Positions 16,582-24,931 of a stretch of DNA of 49,724 bases are shown here, piece after piece. Source of the stretch: Candidatus Iainarchaeum sp. (lineage in GTDB: Archaea > Iainarchaeota > Iainarchaeia > Iainarchaeales > JAFCCJ01); the NCBI GenBank assembly GCA_017610305.1, contig JAFCCJ010000002.1, forward strand, positions 1 to 49,724, read 5' to 3'. The notes beneath the pieces are model-generated. The model had not been told where the DNA came from, made no database searches, and saw only the letters and a list, made by a program, of their open reading frames with translations. A program made the position numbers and the translations under genes. Every line of letters starts with the position of its first letter. The stretch's first letter is position 1.

Positions 16582-17283
16582 ATGGATCAATTGCAGACCA
16601 CTATTGCTGGCGAGATAGCCCTTTCCAAAGACCCCGGCGGGAGCATGAAAAAGTGGAGGGAGATTTTCGCAGTTAACCAGACTGAATTGGCAAAATATTT
16701 GAAGGTCAGCAGTTCGACCATTTCTGATTATGAGGGCGGGAGAAGGAGAAGCCCCGGAATTGGTGTTGTGAGAAGATTGGTTGAATCGCTTTTGGAGCTT
16801 GATAAGAAAAAGGGCGGAAAGATAAGGAAGCAATTGGAAAAAGATTTCAAGCCAAAAGAAGATGTGTTTGATATTCATGAGTTTGGGAAAGCGATGAATG
16901 GTAAAATTTTCGCGGAAAAGATTAGTGGCAAATGTGTTGCAAATCCGGGGAAATTAAAGGAGGCGACTATTTTTGGCTATTCAATAATTGATTCTTTGAA
17001 GGTGATTCTCGAGGTTCCGGTTCACGAGTATATGCAGATGTATGGGAAAACTCCGGAGAGAGCATTAATTTTCAAGCAGGTTGAGACAGGGAGAAGCCCA
17101 ATGATTGCGGTTAAGGTCGGGAGATTTTCCACCGACATGAAGCCATCAATTGTTGTTTTACATGGCCTTGACAAGGTAGACCCAATTGCGGTTAAGATTG
17201 CTGAGAGCGAGAAAATTCCACTGCTGTTAACCAATAAGACGATTAATGAGATACTTGATGCTTTGAGAAAGTATGAATCTTAA
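16582..17283 (+). CDS. XRE-family HTH transcriptional regulator with an uncharacterised C-terminal domain
   Basis: HTH_3-like segment WREIFAVNQTELAKYLKVSSSTISDYEGGRR. TATTTAAA lies about 25 nt upstream of the ATG. Confidence 0.6.
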   Translation: MDQLQTTIAGEIALSKDPGGSMKKWREIFAVNQTELAKYLKVSSSTISDYEGGRRRSPGIGVVRRLVESLLELDKKKGGKIRKQLEKDFKPKEDVFDIHEFGKAMNGKIFAEKISGKCVANPGKLKEATIFGYSIIDSLKVILEVPVHEYMQMYGKTPERALIFKQVETGRSPMIAVKVGRFSTDMKPSIVVLHGLDKVDPIAVKIAESEKIPLLLTNKTINEILDALRKYES

Positions 17284-17286
17284 AAT

Positions 17287-17991
17287 CTATTTAACCCTGA
17301 CACAATGGGTGTGCCTTATCTTTTCCTTTCCTGTCTTGTCCACGCCAATAAGGGTGTAGGAACTTACAACTTTTGTGTTGAATTTTTTCGCGATTTTTTC
17401 TGCCGCATTTTTTGCTGCCCTCTTGCTCCCAATCAGAAAATCGGCCCCTGTTTTTTGCGGGATTGCCTTAACCACTATCGCAAGGCCGTCACTCTTATGC
17501 CTCTCCCCCAGAATCTGCGCAAGCATTGCCTCAAATTCGTCGGCCTTTTCCTCTTTCATTTCCCCATCAAACCTCATCTGGATTATTGCCTCATAATAAT
17601 CCCCGCTCAGTTTGGCACAGTCCGCGCATTGGGTGTCCTTGAATTTTATTTTAATTTCCTTTTCAAGCCTTATTGGCTCGCCCCCTAATTCGCCGGAAAT
17701 AATTACTTTTGCATTTGTATGCTCCTCCTCAGGGTCAAGGATTACGGTGATTTTTTCATCGGTGATTTCCTTTATCTTGACTTTTTTACCGACCCATTCC
17801 TCAATATTCTCCACAGAATTTTCTTTCCAGACCCCTTTAAGATTGATTTTTTCGCACTTCACGCATCGCTCCAATTCTATTTCCTCATCTATTTGAACCA
17901 GGTCATGGTCCTTGAGGAAGCATTCCATGCAGAATCCCTTTACAAAGGGCCCCTTTTCAGAGCCACATTTGGGACAGAATCTGGTGTTCAT
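17287..17991 (-). CDS. NMD3-family protein (archaeal homologue of the 60S export/maturation factor)
   Basis: N-terminal zinc clusters FCPKCG...GFCMEC...CVKCEK, and a later CADC. Size is 234 aa. Confidence 0.7.
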   Translation of the reverse strand: MNTRFCPKCGSEKGPFVKGFCMECFLKDHDLVQIDEEIELERCVKCEKINLKGVWKENSVENIEEWVGKKVKIKEITDEKITVILDPEEEHTNAKVIISGELGGEPIRLEKEIKIKFKDTQCADCAKLSGDYYEAIIQMRFDGEMKEEKADEFEAMLAQILGERHKSDGLAIVVKAIPQKTGADFLIGSKRAAKNAAEKIAKKFNTKVVSSYTLIGVDKTGKEKIRHTHCVRVK

Positions 17992-18791
17992 TTCACCACT
18001 GCCTTTTTCTCATACTCGAGGTAAACAACGGGGTTGAGGACATAATGATAGGTTGCAATTGCCGCAACTATCAGCCTCATCGCAACAAAAAGCAAAAGAA
18101 ATCCTAAATTCTCCTGGAGGAAGGCAAGGGCGAAATTAATTATGGTAAAGAAGAATGGAATTAAGGCCGCCTTTGAAACCGTGCCAAGATTTCTGCGGCT
18201 TGATTTAAAGGAGTTTAAAATTGTTGAAATAATTCCCTCCTTTTCCAGCATTGCCACAGGATAAAGGAAGTAAAAAATAACTATTGTGGCAAATGTCAGC
18301 GCGCCGATAATCAGGAGAATTACCGATATAATAAGATAATTATTTGAAAGCAAGGCAAAATTAAATAAAACTGCCAACGGGCCCATAACCGCAATAAAAA
18401 CAGCCAAATCCAGCAAAGTAACTGATAGGAGAATATGGAAACGCCCGAATGATTTTTTTATTGCACCAGTAAAGGAAATTTTCCTCTTTGCAAAGTAATC
18501 GTCCACCATTGGGGGGTACATTCCGTTAATGAGTATGTCGAGAAGGAATGCGAAAACAAGCAGGATTATGTTAAGTGCCATCAGGATAAGGATTGACATC
18601 GCGGTTTCGGGTGAAATTGGCTTAAGGGCAATTCCTGTAATGTCAATTGAGTAGAGCTGCAGATAGAGTTGCGCAATTAGCAGCATAGACGCCCCATAAA
18701 CAACCGCAATCAGAATCTTTGGCAGGAACAGTTTCGGTTTTTTGAGGAGTAGTTTGAATGATTCTGCCAGGACGGTTATGAATCTGCTCAT
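17988..18791 (-). CDS. Polytopic membrane protein, unknown function
   Basis: 267 aa with about 6 TM segments. 4-nt overlaps with both neighbouring genes. Confidence 0.6.
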   Translation of the reverse strand: MSRFITVLAESFKLLLKKPKLFLPKILIAVVYGASMLLIAQLYLQLYSIDITGIALKPISPETAMSILILMALNIILLVFAFLLDILINGMYPPMVDDYFAKRKISFTGAIKKSFGRFHILLSVTLLDLAVFIAVMGPLAVLFNFALLSNNYLIISVILLIIGALTFATIVIFYFLYPVAMLEKEGIISTILNSFKSSRRNLGTVSKAALIPFFFTIINFALAFLQENLGFLLLFVAMRLIVAAIATYHYVLNPVVYLEYEKKAVVK

Positions 18792-20050
18792 AGTTCTATT
18801 TCCTCGCCTAATTTTGGTGCGGTTGCGTCAAATCCAAGTTCCTCAATCTCTTTCACAAAAATCTGTGAAATTTCCTCATCCCCGTGCACACAGAGCACCT
18901 TTTCAGGGGAGAGTTTTTTAATCGTGTCCAGCAGTTCGTCCTGTGATGCATGAGCCGAGAAATCATACTTCTCAAGTTCCATTTTGGGCGTGACCAAATT
19001 TCCCTTAATTGCAATTTTGCCTGTTTCGAGGAGGATTCTCCCCGGAGTTTCCTTCACCTGATAGCCTGTAAGCATAATTTTTGAATTCTTGTCCTTGTAA
19101 AGTTCAGGGAGATAGGCATAGACAGGCCCGCCCTGCAGCATTCCTGCAGTGGTGACAATAACACTTGGCTCTTTCAATGCCTTTTTCCTTACACCCATAT
19201 TCTTCACCCAGATAACCTTGTCTAGGGCCTTTTTCAAAAATCCCGGGTCCTTCTGGAATTTTGGGTATTTCAAATAGGTTCTGGCAACCTTTTGCCCCAT
19301 TCCATCAAAATAAATGTCGGCGCTGATATTGTACTCATGCAGAATGTCAATAATCTCCTGGCTTCTCCCAACAGCAAAGGCAGGGATTAGTGCATGACCC
19401 CCTGCATCAATTGTGTCCTGCACATGCTCGGCGAAAATCTTCTCAGATTCCCTCCTGTCAGGGTGGTTTCTATCCCCATAAGTTGACTCAATCATCAGAT
19501 AATCGACCTTTCCCAGTTTTAAATCGGCGCCCTCATGCAGCCTTGTCTCTTCCGCCTTAAAATCCCCGGTGTAAACCAGTGTTTTGTCCTTTAGAGTAAG
19601 TTTTGTTATTGCCGAACCAAGGATATGCCCTGCATCAAAGAATTCCATCGAGGAATTCTCAGTAAGGTCTATGTTCTTCCTGTAATTCATGCCAAAAGTG
19701 TGCTTCTCGGTCTTTTTTATCTCTTCCTCAGTGAAATTTGGCTCCAATCCCTCCAACCCCGCTATTTTTAGGGTGTCAAACCACAGAATTTTGGCCAGTT
19801 CAAGGGTTGGTGGGGTCATGTATGTAAGGCAGTTTGCGGTTGCAAATAAGTGTGGGAGGTTTCCTGAGTGGTCAAGGTGCGCATGGGAGACAATTGCCGC
19901 ATTTAAGTTAGTGTCCACTGGAAGGGGGTATTCAGGCTGGTGGGGCGTTAATTTTATCCCATTATCCAGCATTATCTTGTCCCCTGCATCGACGAGGAAG
20001 CAGCTTCTGCCCACTTCCCTTGCAGCACCCAAAAATTTAACTTTCACCAT
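18788..20050 (-). CDS. Metallo-beta-lactamase/beta-CASP ribonuclease (aCPSF2-like, no KH domains)
   Basis: MVKVKFLGAAREVGRSCFLV, HAHLDHSGNLP and beta-CASP motifs. Start is set at the internal ATG 20050, because a TATA-like CTTTAATATATAAACC lies about 30 nt upstream and the ORF-track N-terminal 40 aa look non-coding. Confidence 0.8.
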   Translation of the reverse strand: MVKVKFLGAAREVGRSCFLVDAGDKIMLDNGIKLTPHQPEYPLPVDTNLNAAIVSHAHLDHSGNLPHLFATANCLTYMTPPTLELAKILWFDTLKIAGLEGLEPNFTEEEIKKTEKHTFGMNYRKNIDLTENSSMEFFDAGHILGSAITKLTLKDKTLVYTGDFKAEETRLHEGADLKLGKVDYLMIESTYGDRNHPDRRESEKIFAEHVQDTIDAGGHALIPAFAVGRSQEIIDILHEYNISADIYFDGMGQKVARTYLKYPKFQKDPGFLKKALDKVIWVKNMGVRKKALKEPSVIVTTAGMLQGGPVYAYLPELYKDKNSKIMLTGYQVKETPGRILLETGKIAIKGNLVTPKMELEKYDFSAHASQDELLDTIKKLSPEKVLCVHGDEEISQIFVKEIEELGFDATAPKLGEEIEL

Positions 20051-20345
20051 AGGCTCACCAATTAATTCAAACCCAGAAGGTTTATATATTAAAGTAGTAT
20101 AAAATACCGACTGAAACCGCCAATCAACAAAAAATTGGCAAATTTTAGAACTGAAAAAATACTGCGACAAATTTTTTCATTTTTTCCGGGAAAGTTTTTT
20201 AAAGAGAATATTATTACATTAATTCTGCGTTAAGAAATTCGAAAAAATTGGATTCCCAATCTTTTTTTCAGTAATTTTATCAGACGCAACTTTTACTCCC
20301 AGCCATAAGGCCGGGAAATGTTTGCAGAATTCGGAGGTGGTTGTA

Positions 20346-20597
20346 ATGATGCAGCAGTTGAAACAGATAAAGAAAGTGATAGGGGATAAGGTTAGGCCTA
20401 AGGGAGGAAATGACCCGAAAAGTTTTGAATTTGTGGACTTTACTGATTACGGCAGGTTTATGATTGATAAAATCAGCCGATACAGCGGGGAAGTTGATGA
20501 TGCGATTGCGCGGGATTTGCAATCAGGGAAGATAAAGCTTGTGAGGGACAAATACGGGATGGAGAGGATTGTGGGGAATGGGAAAAGGAACAAATAG
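20346..20597 (+). CDS. Hypothetical small basic protein
   Basis: GGAGGTG lies 7 nt upstream of the ATGATG at 20346. 83 aa with no recognisable motif. Confidence 0.45.
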   Translation: MMQQLKQIKKVIGDKVRPKGGNDPKSFEFVDFTDYGRFMIDKISRYSGEVDDAIARDLQSGKIKLVRDKYGMERIVGNGKRNK

Positions 20598-20600
20598 TAA

Positions 20601-20726
20601 TTAACGACAAAGAAGGGCCCCGCCACCGAAGAAAACTACAGAGGATAAAACGCTAGTGGGGAGAAGGGCTATGCCTGTGAGGATGAAAATTTCGCCTATA
20701 ATTTTTACCGTGTCCCTGTCCATCAT
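20601..20726 (-). CDS. Possible 41-aa single-TM miniprotein (below the ORF-track cut-off)
   Basis: The reverse strand reads MMDRDTVKIIGEIFILTGIALLPTSVLSSVVFFGGGALLCR*. Its start is 1 nt downstream of the stop of the 20728-21492 gene. Confidence 0.3.
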   Translation of the reverse strand: MMDRDTVKIIGEIFILTGIALLPTSVLSSVVFFGGGALLCR

Positions 20727-20727
20727 T

Positions 20728-21492
20728 TTACCTGCCTCTGTTAATATTATGTAAAAACTTCTTTTTAATAGTTTTTATCTTCAGGTAAACGTCAATTGCA
20801 AAATCCCCTAATAGGCTGAATAAAATTGAGGCTACAACGATATCTGGTGCGGAAGCAATAGTTTTTGAGAAGAAAAGGTCAGGGGTTGCTATTAAGGAAT
20901 AGACTGAAACCGCAAAAAAGCCGAACAAAACACCGTAAAAAAGGTTTTTGGCTATTTCTTCCTTATAGTTGTTTAGTAGCCTTATGGAAAAAATTACCCC
21001 GAATGCGAAGAAAGCTGGCAGGGGGATGTATATTGAATCGAAAGAGGGGTAGACTGAAAACAAGGTTTGGACAATGAATATTGAAATTATGGCATAGCCT
21101 ATTGTTAATGCGAATAACCTTTCAAGGAATATTTTTACATTTTTCAGGATCCCTCCTTTAAAGTAGAAAAGACAGGTTTTTGAGAAGAAAATATTGCTAA
21201 ATCTTGAATCAAATATGCTAGTTATTTTGTATATAATATAACCAAATATGAACGAGGATAAAAACAACGCTACGAGCAGCAGAATATGAGGACTAACTTC
21301 CTTAAGAAAGGAATAGAAAAACACGTCCTCTTCAAGGAACTTTATTGTTAAATCAAGATAACGAAGAACTTCATTAATTAGAAACTCAGTGGGGATTGTT
21401 ATCAATATCAGCCCCAAAAGAATCGTAACAATAATAATAATCGGACGATACTTCGCAAACCCGTTTTTTTCATTCTTTGAATTAGTAACCAT
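20728..21492 (-). CDS. Polytopic membrane protein, unknown function
   Basis: 254 aa with about 7 hydrophobic segments, AT-rich. Confidence 0.55.
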   Translation of the reverse strand: MVTNSKNEKNGFAKYRPIIIIVTILLGLILITIPTEFLINEVLRYLDLTIKFLEEDVFFYSFLKEVSPHILLLVALFLSSFIFGYIIYKITSIFDSRFSNIFFSKTCLFYFKGGILKNVKIFLERLFALTIGYAIISIFIVQTLFSVYPSFDSIYIPLPAFFAFGVIFSIRLLNNYKEEIAKNLFYGVLFGFFAVSVYSLIATPDLFFSKTIASAPDIVVASILFSLLGDFAIDVYLKIKTIKKKFLHNINRGR

Positions 21493-21515
21493 TTCCCAAA
21501 ATAAGGCGCTTACTG

Positions 21516-21809
21516 CTATATAAAATTATCTCTAACTATACTCTCATTCAGAAGCCTCTTGGCATGTTTGGCGACATTTTTTCTGGCTTTTTCCGAAAGC
21601 ATCTCAACATCATTTTTAGTCAAAGTGCTTTTTTGAGCTAATCTTTCAGTTTCCTTGAAATCTTCCTCAAGATAAAGTTCAACAGATTCTTTCAGGTTTT
21701 TCAGCGCGCTTTTTTTGGTTCTTCCTTGGGAAGCGACTCCCAATTCAGGGCAATGGGAAACAAACCATTTTCCCTCTTTTGTTATAACTGCTGAAAATTT
21801 CATTTCCAT
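21516..21809 (-). CDS. HicB-like (UPF0150) antitoxin-fold protein with a C-terminal helical extension
   Basis: MEMKFSAVITKEGKWFVSHCPELGVASQGRTKKSALKNLKESVELYLEE is the classic HicB N-domain pattern. Internal start chosen. Confidence 0.6.
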   Translation of the reverse strand: MEMKFSAVITKEGKWFVSHCPELGVASQGRTKKSALKNLKESVELYLEEDFKETERLAQKSTLTKNDVEMLSEKARKNVAKHAKRLLNESIVRDNFI

Positions 21810-21855
21810 TATTTCACCTGATAAATCTATTGCTTTACCACTATAAAAACATATA

Positions 21856-22170
21856 CTAGCAATAACTTGCGGCAATTTCCAGTTCATTTTTTTCGTCCTC
21901 CTTCCCAATTAATTTCCCCATAACTCGCCATACGTCTTCCACAAAATAGGAATCATTTTCCTCTTTCACCAATTCCCTTTCCAGCAGGCTGGCGAGCGGG
22001 CGGTAAATTTCCGCGGAATCCATGCCTGCCCTGTGCGCAATTGAGAATAATTTCAGTTTCCCATTTTCTGTTAAGCATTTCAGGATTTTCGCTTCCTCAA
22101 TCGTGATTTCCCCCTCTTCCGCCAGCCTGAAAAGCGCAGCGCTAACGATGTTTAACCTAAATTCACTCAT
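21856..22170 (-). CDS. Small winged-helix-like protein, unknown function
   Basis: Taken from the internal ATG (MSEFRLNIV...). EEAKILKCLTENGKLKLFSIAHRAGMDSAEIYRPLASLLERELV looks like MarR/wHTH. Confidence 0.45.
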   Translation of the reverse strand: MSEFRLNIVSAALFRLAEEGEITIEEAKILKCLTENGKLKLFSIAHRAGMDSAEIYRPLASLLERELVKEENDSYFVEDVWRVMGKLIGKEDEKNELEIAASYC

Positions 22171-22301
22171 GAAATTTTCCCCCTCAAAATTAAATGGACG
22201 TGTCCCCCTGTGAAGGGGGACACTGGGCAGGCTCACCACTTGGCCAAATGGTCTAGATGTTCCGCCTGATAGTATCCTGTTCCGGGCATTAATATAGCTG
22301 C

Positions 22302-22370
22302 GGTTGATAAGAAATAAACCAAATGGTTGATTTTAACCCAAAAGCGAGAAATCAACCAAAAAGTTGATTT
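22302..22370. promoter_or_regulatory. Cluster of GTTGAT-type repeats, including a perfect 8-bp inverted repeat, upstream of the paralogue array
   Basis: GGTTGAT at 22302-22308, GGTTGATTTT at 22325-22334, and AAATCAAC (22349-22356) / GTTGATTT (22363-22370) separated by 6 nt. Confidence 0.4.
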
Positions 22371-22402
22371 TTAAAGGATTTTGGTCCTTCTGTATATATT
22401 CT

Positions 22403-23230
22403 ATGGTGGGGACCATAATACTGCCTAAAATAGGGCAGCCGAAAACTACGCGCGATGCGGTAATTTCCATTCTCTCACAGGAATGGCCACTTTCTGCAAA
22501 ACAGATTTATAACAAGCTCCAGAGGGAGAACGGGTTTGCTGTTTCTTATCAGGCTGTGCATAAAATTTTGAAGGATTTAGAGAACGAAAACATAATCTGC
22601 AGGAATAATTTGGCATATTCAATAAACCCTGAATGGGTTGAACGCGTCGGTAATTTCGCGAAAATGATGCAGGAAAGTTTCGCATCCTTTTCCAATGGTT
22701 CGGACAGCAACAATTTCTCCCTTGATTCCATTTACAATCTGGATAGTTTCATAGTTGAAATGGCTGAAAAGATAATGTCCCCTGAAAGGCAAACCTTGTG
22801 CATATACTGGTGCCATTTTTGGATTCCCCTCTTCCAGAAGGAAACCTATAAGAGACTGAAGCGCATGATTGAGGCCAGCAATTCCTATGGAATAAGCAAA
22901 TCATCAACCATTTTGGACCAATGGTGCGAAAAATTCTGGACCGGTAACAAGGTCAGGATGAAATGCGGAATTGACCTCGATTCACCTGATTTCATAATTT
23001 ACGGGGATTTTGTTATTCAGGTCTATTATCCTAAAGAGATTGTAAAGGAACTTGACAAAATCTATTCCTCCTGCAGCAAAATCTCGGATTTTGACATGAG
23101 CTCAATGTTCGAGAATGTGTTCGAAAAAAAGACCAAAATCCCAATTACCATAAACAGGAATCCTGAACTGGCGGAACAGTTGAGGGGGAAAATGCTGGGA
23201 TATTTTAAGGGTGGGAAGAATGGCAAGTAG
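22403..23230 (+). CDS. Paralogue 1: wHTH plus uncharacterised ~200-aa C-terminal domain
   Basis: wHTH ISILSQEWPLSAKQIYNKLQRENGFAVSYQAVHKILKDLENENII. The ATG at 22403 gives an N-terminus colinear with the other three copies. Confidence 0.7.
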   Translation: MVGTIILPKIGQPKTTRDAVISILSQEWPLSAKQIYNKLQRENGFAVSYQAVHKILKDLENENIICRNNLAYSINPEWVERVGNFAKMMQESFASFSNGSDSNNFSLDSIYNLDSFIVEMAEKIMSPERQTLCIYWCHFWIPLFQKETYKRLKRMIEASNSYGISKSSTILDQWCEKFWTGNKVRMKCGIDLDSPDFIIYGDFVIQVYYPKEIVKELDKIYSSCSKISDFDMSSMFENVFEKKTKIPITINRNPELAEQLRGKMLGYFKGGKNGK

Positions 23231-24083
23231 TTTGAGTTTGCTGAAGTTGAATGTGAATAATTCCTCCACACAGGAGAAGATAGTATCAATTCTCAGTGAA
23301 CGGTGGCCCCTTACAGCTAAGGAAATCTACAATACTTTAATCAGGGAGTTCGGGATGGAAGTTTCATACCAAGCAGTTCATAAAATATTAACTGATTTGG
23401 AAGAAAACCGAGTTATAGAAAAAAGCGCAAAAAACTATGAATTGAGTGACCAATGGATTAAGAGGGGAAAGGGGTTCTTTACCGAAATCGACAAGAGATA
23501 TTCCGATTCCTTCGGAAAATACGAAATAGACCCTAATTTTGAGGGCACAATTACACTTGAATTCAAAGATTACAGTTTATTTTGCGTAACAATAGCAAGA
23601 ATCATGGCGAGCAAGGCGCTTGTCGGAAACGGTCCAAATATCGTTATTACGCTTATGAAATATGGGTGGTGGCCATTTAAATTCAAATTCAAGGATTTGG
23701 AGTTGCTAGCAACAATGACGAAGAATAACCCAAAAGCTTATGCAATCCTCACTAACGATACTCCTTTTGGACGCTGGATACTAAAACAGTATGTAAGGGT
23801 TGGAGGAATAGCTGCCCCTATTGGGACTGAAATAGGTTTGAAAGAGGATATGCTAATTCAGGGGGATTCTATTGCAGAAATAAAATTTTCAGATGAGTCA
23901 TTGAAAATAATCAAAGAATCTTATGGTGAGCTACATGGATTGGACGATTTGTACAGGAAATTTGGCCTGAGAAAACAGCCACCCGAAATGCACGCAACAG
24001 TTAAAATAACAAAAAATCCGGCACTATCTGAATTGCTGAGGAAGCAGATAATTGATAGGTATTTTAAGGGGGTGATAAAATGA
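23220..24083 (+). CDS. Paralogue 2: wHTH plus uncharacterised C-terminal domain
   Basis: VSILSERWPLTAKEIYNTLIREFGMEVSYQAVHKILTDLEENRVIEK. Start is ATG 23220 (or GTG 23211) and overlaps the end of paralogue 1. Confidence 0.7.
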   Translation: MASSLSLLKLNVNNSSTQEKIVSILSERWPLTAKEIYNTLIREFGMEVSYQAVHKILTDLEENRVIEKSAKNYELSDQWIKRGKGFFTEIDKRYSDSFGKYEIDPNFEGTITLEFKDYSLFCVTIARIMASKALVGNGPNIVITLMKYGWWPFKFKFKDLELLATMTKNNPKAYAILTNDTPFGRWILKQYVRVGGIAAPIGTEIGLKEDMLIQGDSIAEIKFSDESLKIIKESYGELHGLDDLYRKFGLRKQPPEMHATVKITKNPALSELLRKQIIDRYFKGVIK

Positions 24084-24931
24084 CACTCAACATCACAATC
24101 CCACAACTGAATTCAAATTCCAAATCAACTAAAGATATGGTAATTTCGTTATTGAGCCAGAAATGGCCTTTGAATGCGATGGAGATTTACAACAGCGTGC
24201 AGAGGGAGTTTGGTGCGGGGGTTTCCTATCAGGCAGTGCACAAGATTTTGAATGAACTGCAGCAGGGAAAGATACTTGAAAAGAACGGGATGAGTTATCA
24301 GATAAGCAAGGGCTGGATAGAGCAGGTTAAGAAATTCGGCAGCGATTTGGATGAGAAATATACTAATGGGAAAACGATTGATTTTGAGAATTTTGAGAGC
24401 ATGCATATTACAATGGATAAATTCCTGGATTTCTGCAGGTTCATGATTTATGAGTTTTATATGAAGTTTCCAAACCCTGAGAAAAAGGATTGCATATGTT
24501 CGTGGGACCATGTTTATTCCCCAATAGGAATGAGTGAAAAAGACCACGAAATTCTGAGGGACTTGTTTTCCACAGCCCTGCACTATGCCCCCTGCCCAAA
24601 TAACACTTTTTTGGATAACTGGTTTGCGGAATACCTCAATGATTTGGGGAAAATATGCGTAAATGACGTTCAGTTCTCAGTCGGTAACGATACCTTTGTT
24701 CAGGGGGACTTTGTCATGGTGGCATATTTTAGTTCTGAATTCAAGAAAAATGTTGATGAGATTTATAAAAAGGTAAAATCCGTTGAGGAATTCAAGGTTT
24801 CAAACTATTTTGATATCATTAACAAAAAGGCTGAAATCAATATTTTGATTGTGAAAAACTCTTCTTTGGCTGGGCAGTTGAGGAAAGAGGGTAAAATGTT
24901 GTATGAATGCAAAGGGGAGGCTGGAAAATGA
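24080..24931 (+). CDS. Paralogue 3: wHTH plus uncharacterised C-terminal domain
   Basis: ISLLSQKWPLNAMEIYNSVQREFGAGVSYQAVHKILNELQQGKILEK. ATGA overlap with paralogue 2. Confidence 0.75.
   Translation: MTLNITIPQLNSNSKSTKDMVISLLSQKWPLNAMEIYNSVQREFGAGVSYQAVHKILNELQQGKILEKNGMSYQISKGWIEQVKKFGSDLDEKYTNGKTIDFENFESMHITMDKFLDFCRFMIYEFYMKFPNPEKKDCICSWDHVYSPIGMSEKDHEILRDLFSTALHYAPCPNNTFLDNWFAEYLNDLGKICVNDVQFSVGNDTFVQGDFVMVAYFSSEFKKNVDEIYKKVKSVEEFKVSNYFDIINKKAEINILIVKNSSLAGQLRKEGKMLYECKGEAGK

Noticed and set aside
16555-16878. The 107-aa minus-strand ORF overlapping the XRE-family regulator.
   Set aside because: It is antisense to a gene with a clear HTH_3 motif and a TATA element at the proper distance.
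18788-20170. The full 460-aa version of the beta-CASP RNase ORF.
   Set aside because: The first 40 codons (MSQYFFSSKICQFFVDWRF...) look non-coding and include a TATA-like element. The family normally begins at M-x-[IV]-x-F-LG, which matches the ATG at 20050.
20095-20345. A possible box C/D sRNA in the gene-free interval (CTGA words at about 20110 and about 20150).
   Set aside because: No RUGAUGA C box is present at a suitable distance, and there is no terminal stem or k-turn arrangement. Only D-like tetramers occur, which are expected by chance.
22364-22402. The TTG start at 22364 for paralogue 1 (ORF-track start).
   Set aside because: It lies inside the AAATCAAC/GTTGATTT palindrome and adds 13 hydrophobic or aromatic residues absent from the other three paralogues. 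The ATG at 22403 restores colinearity.
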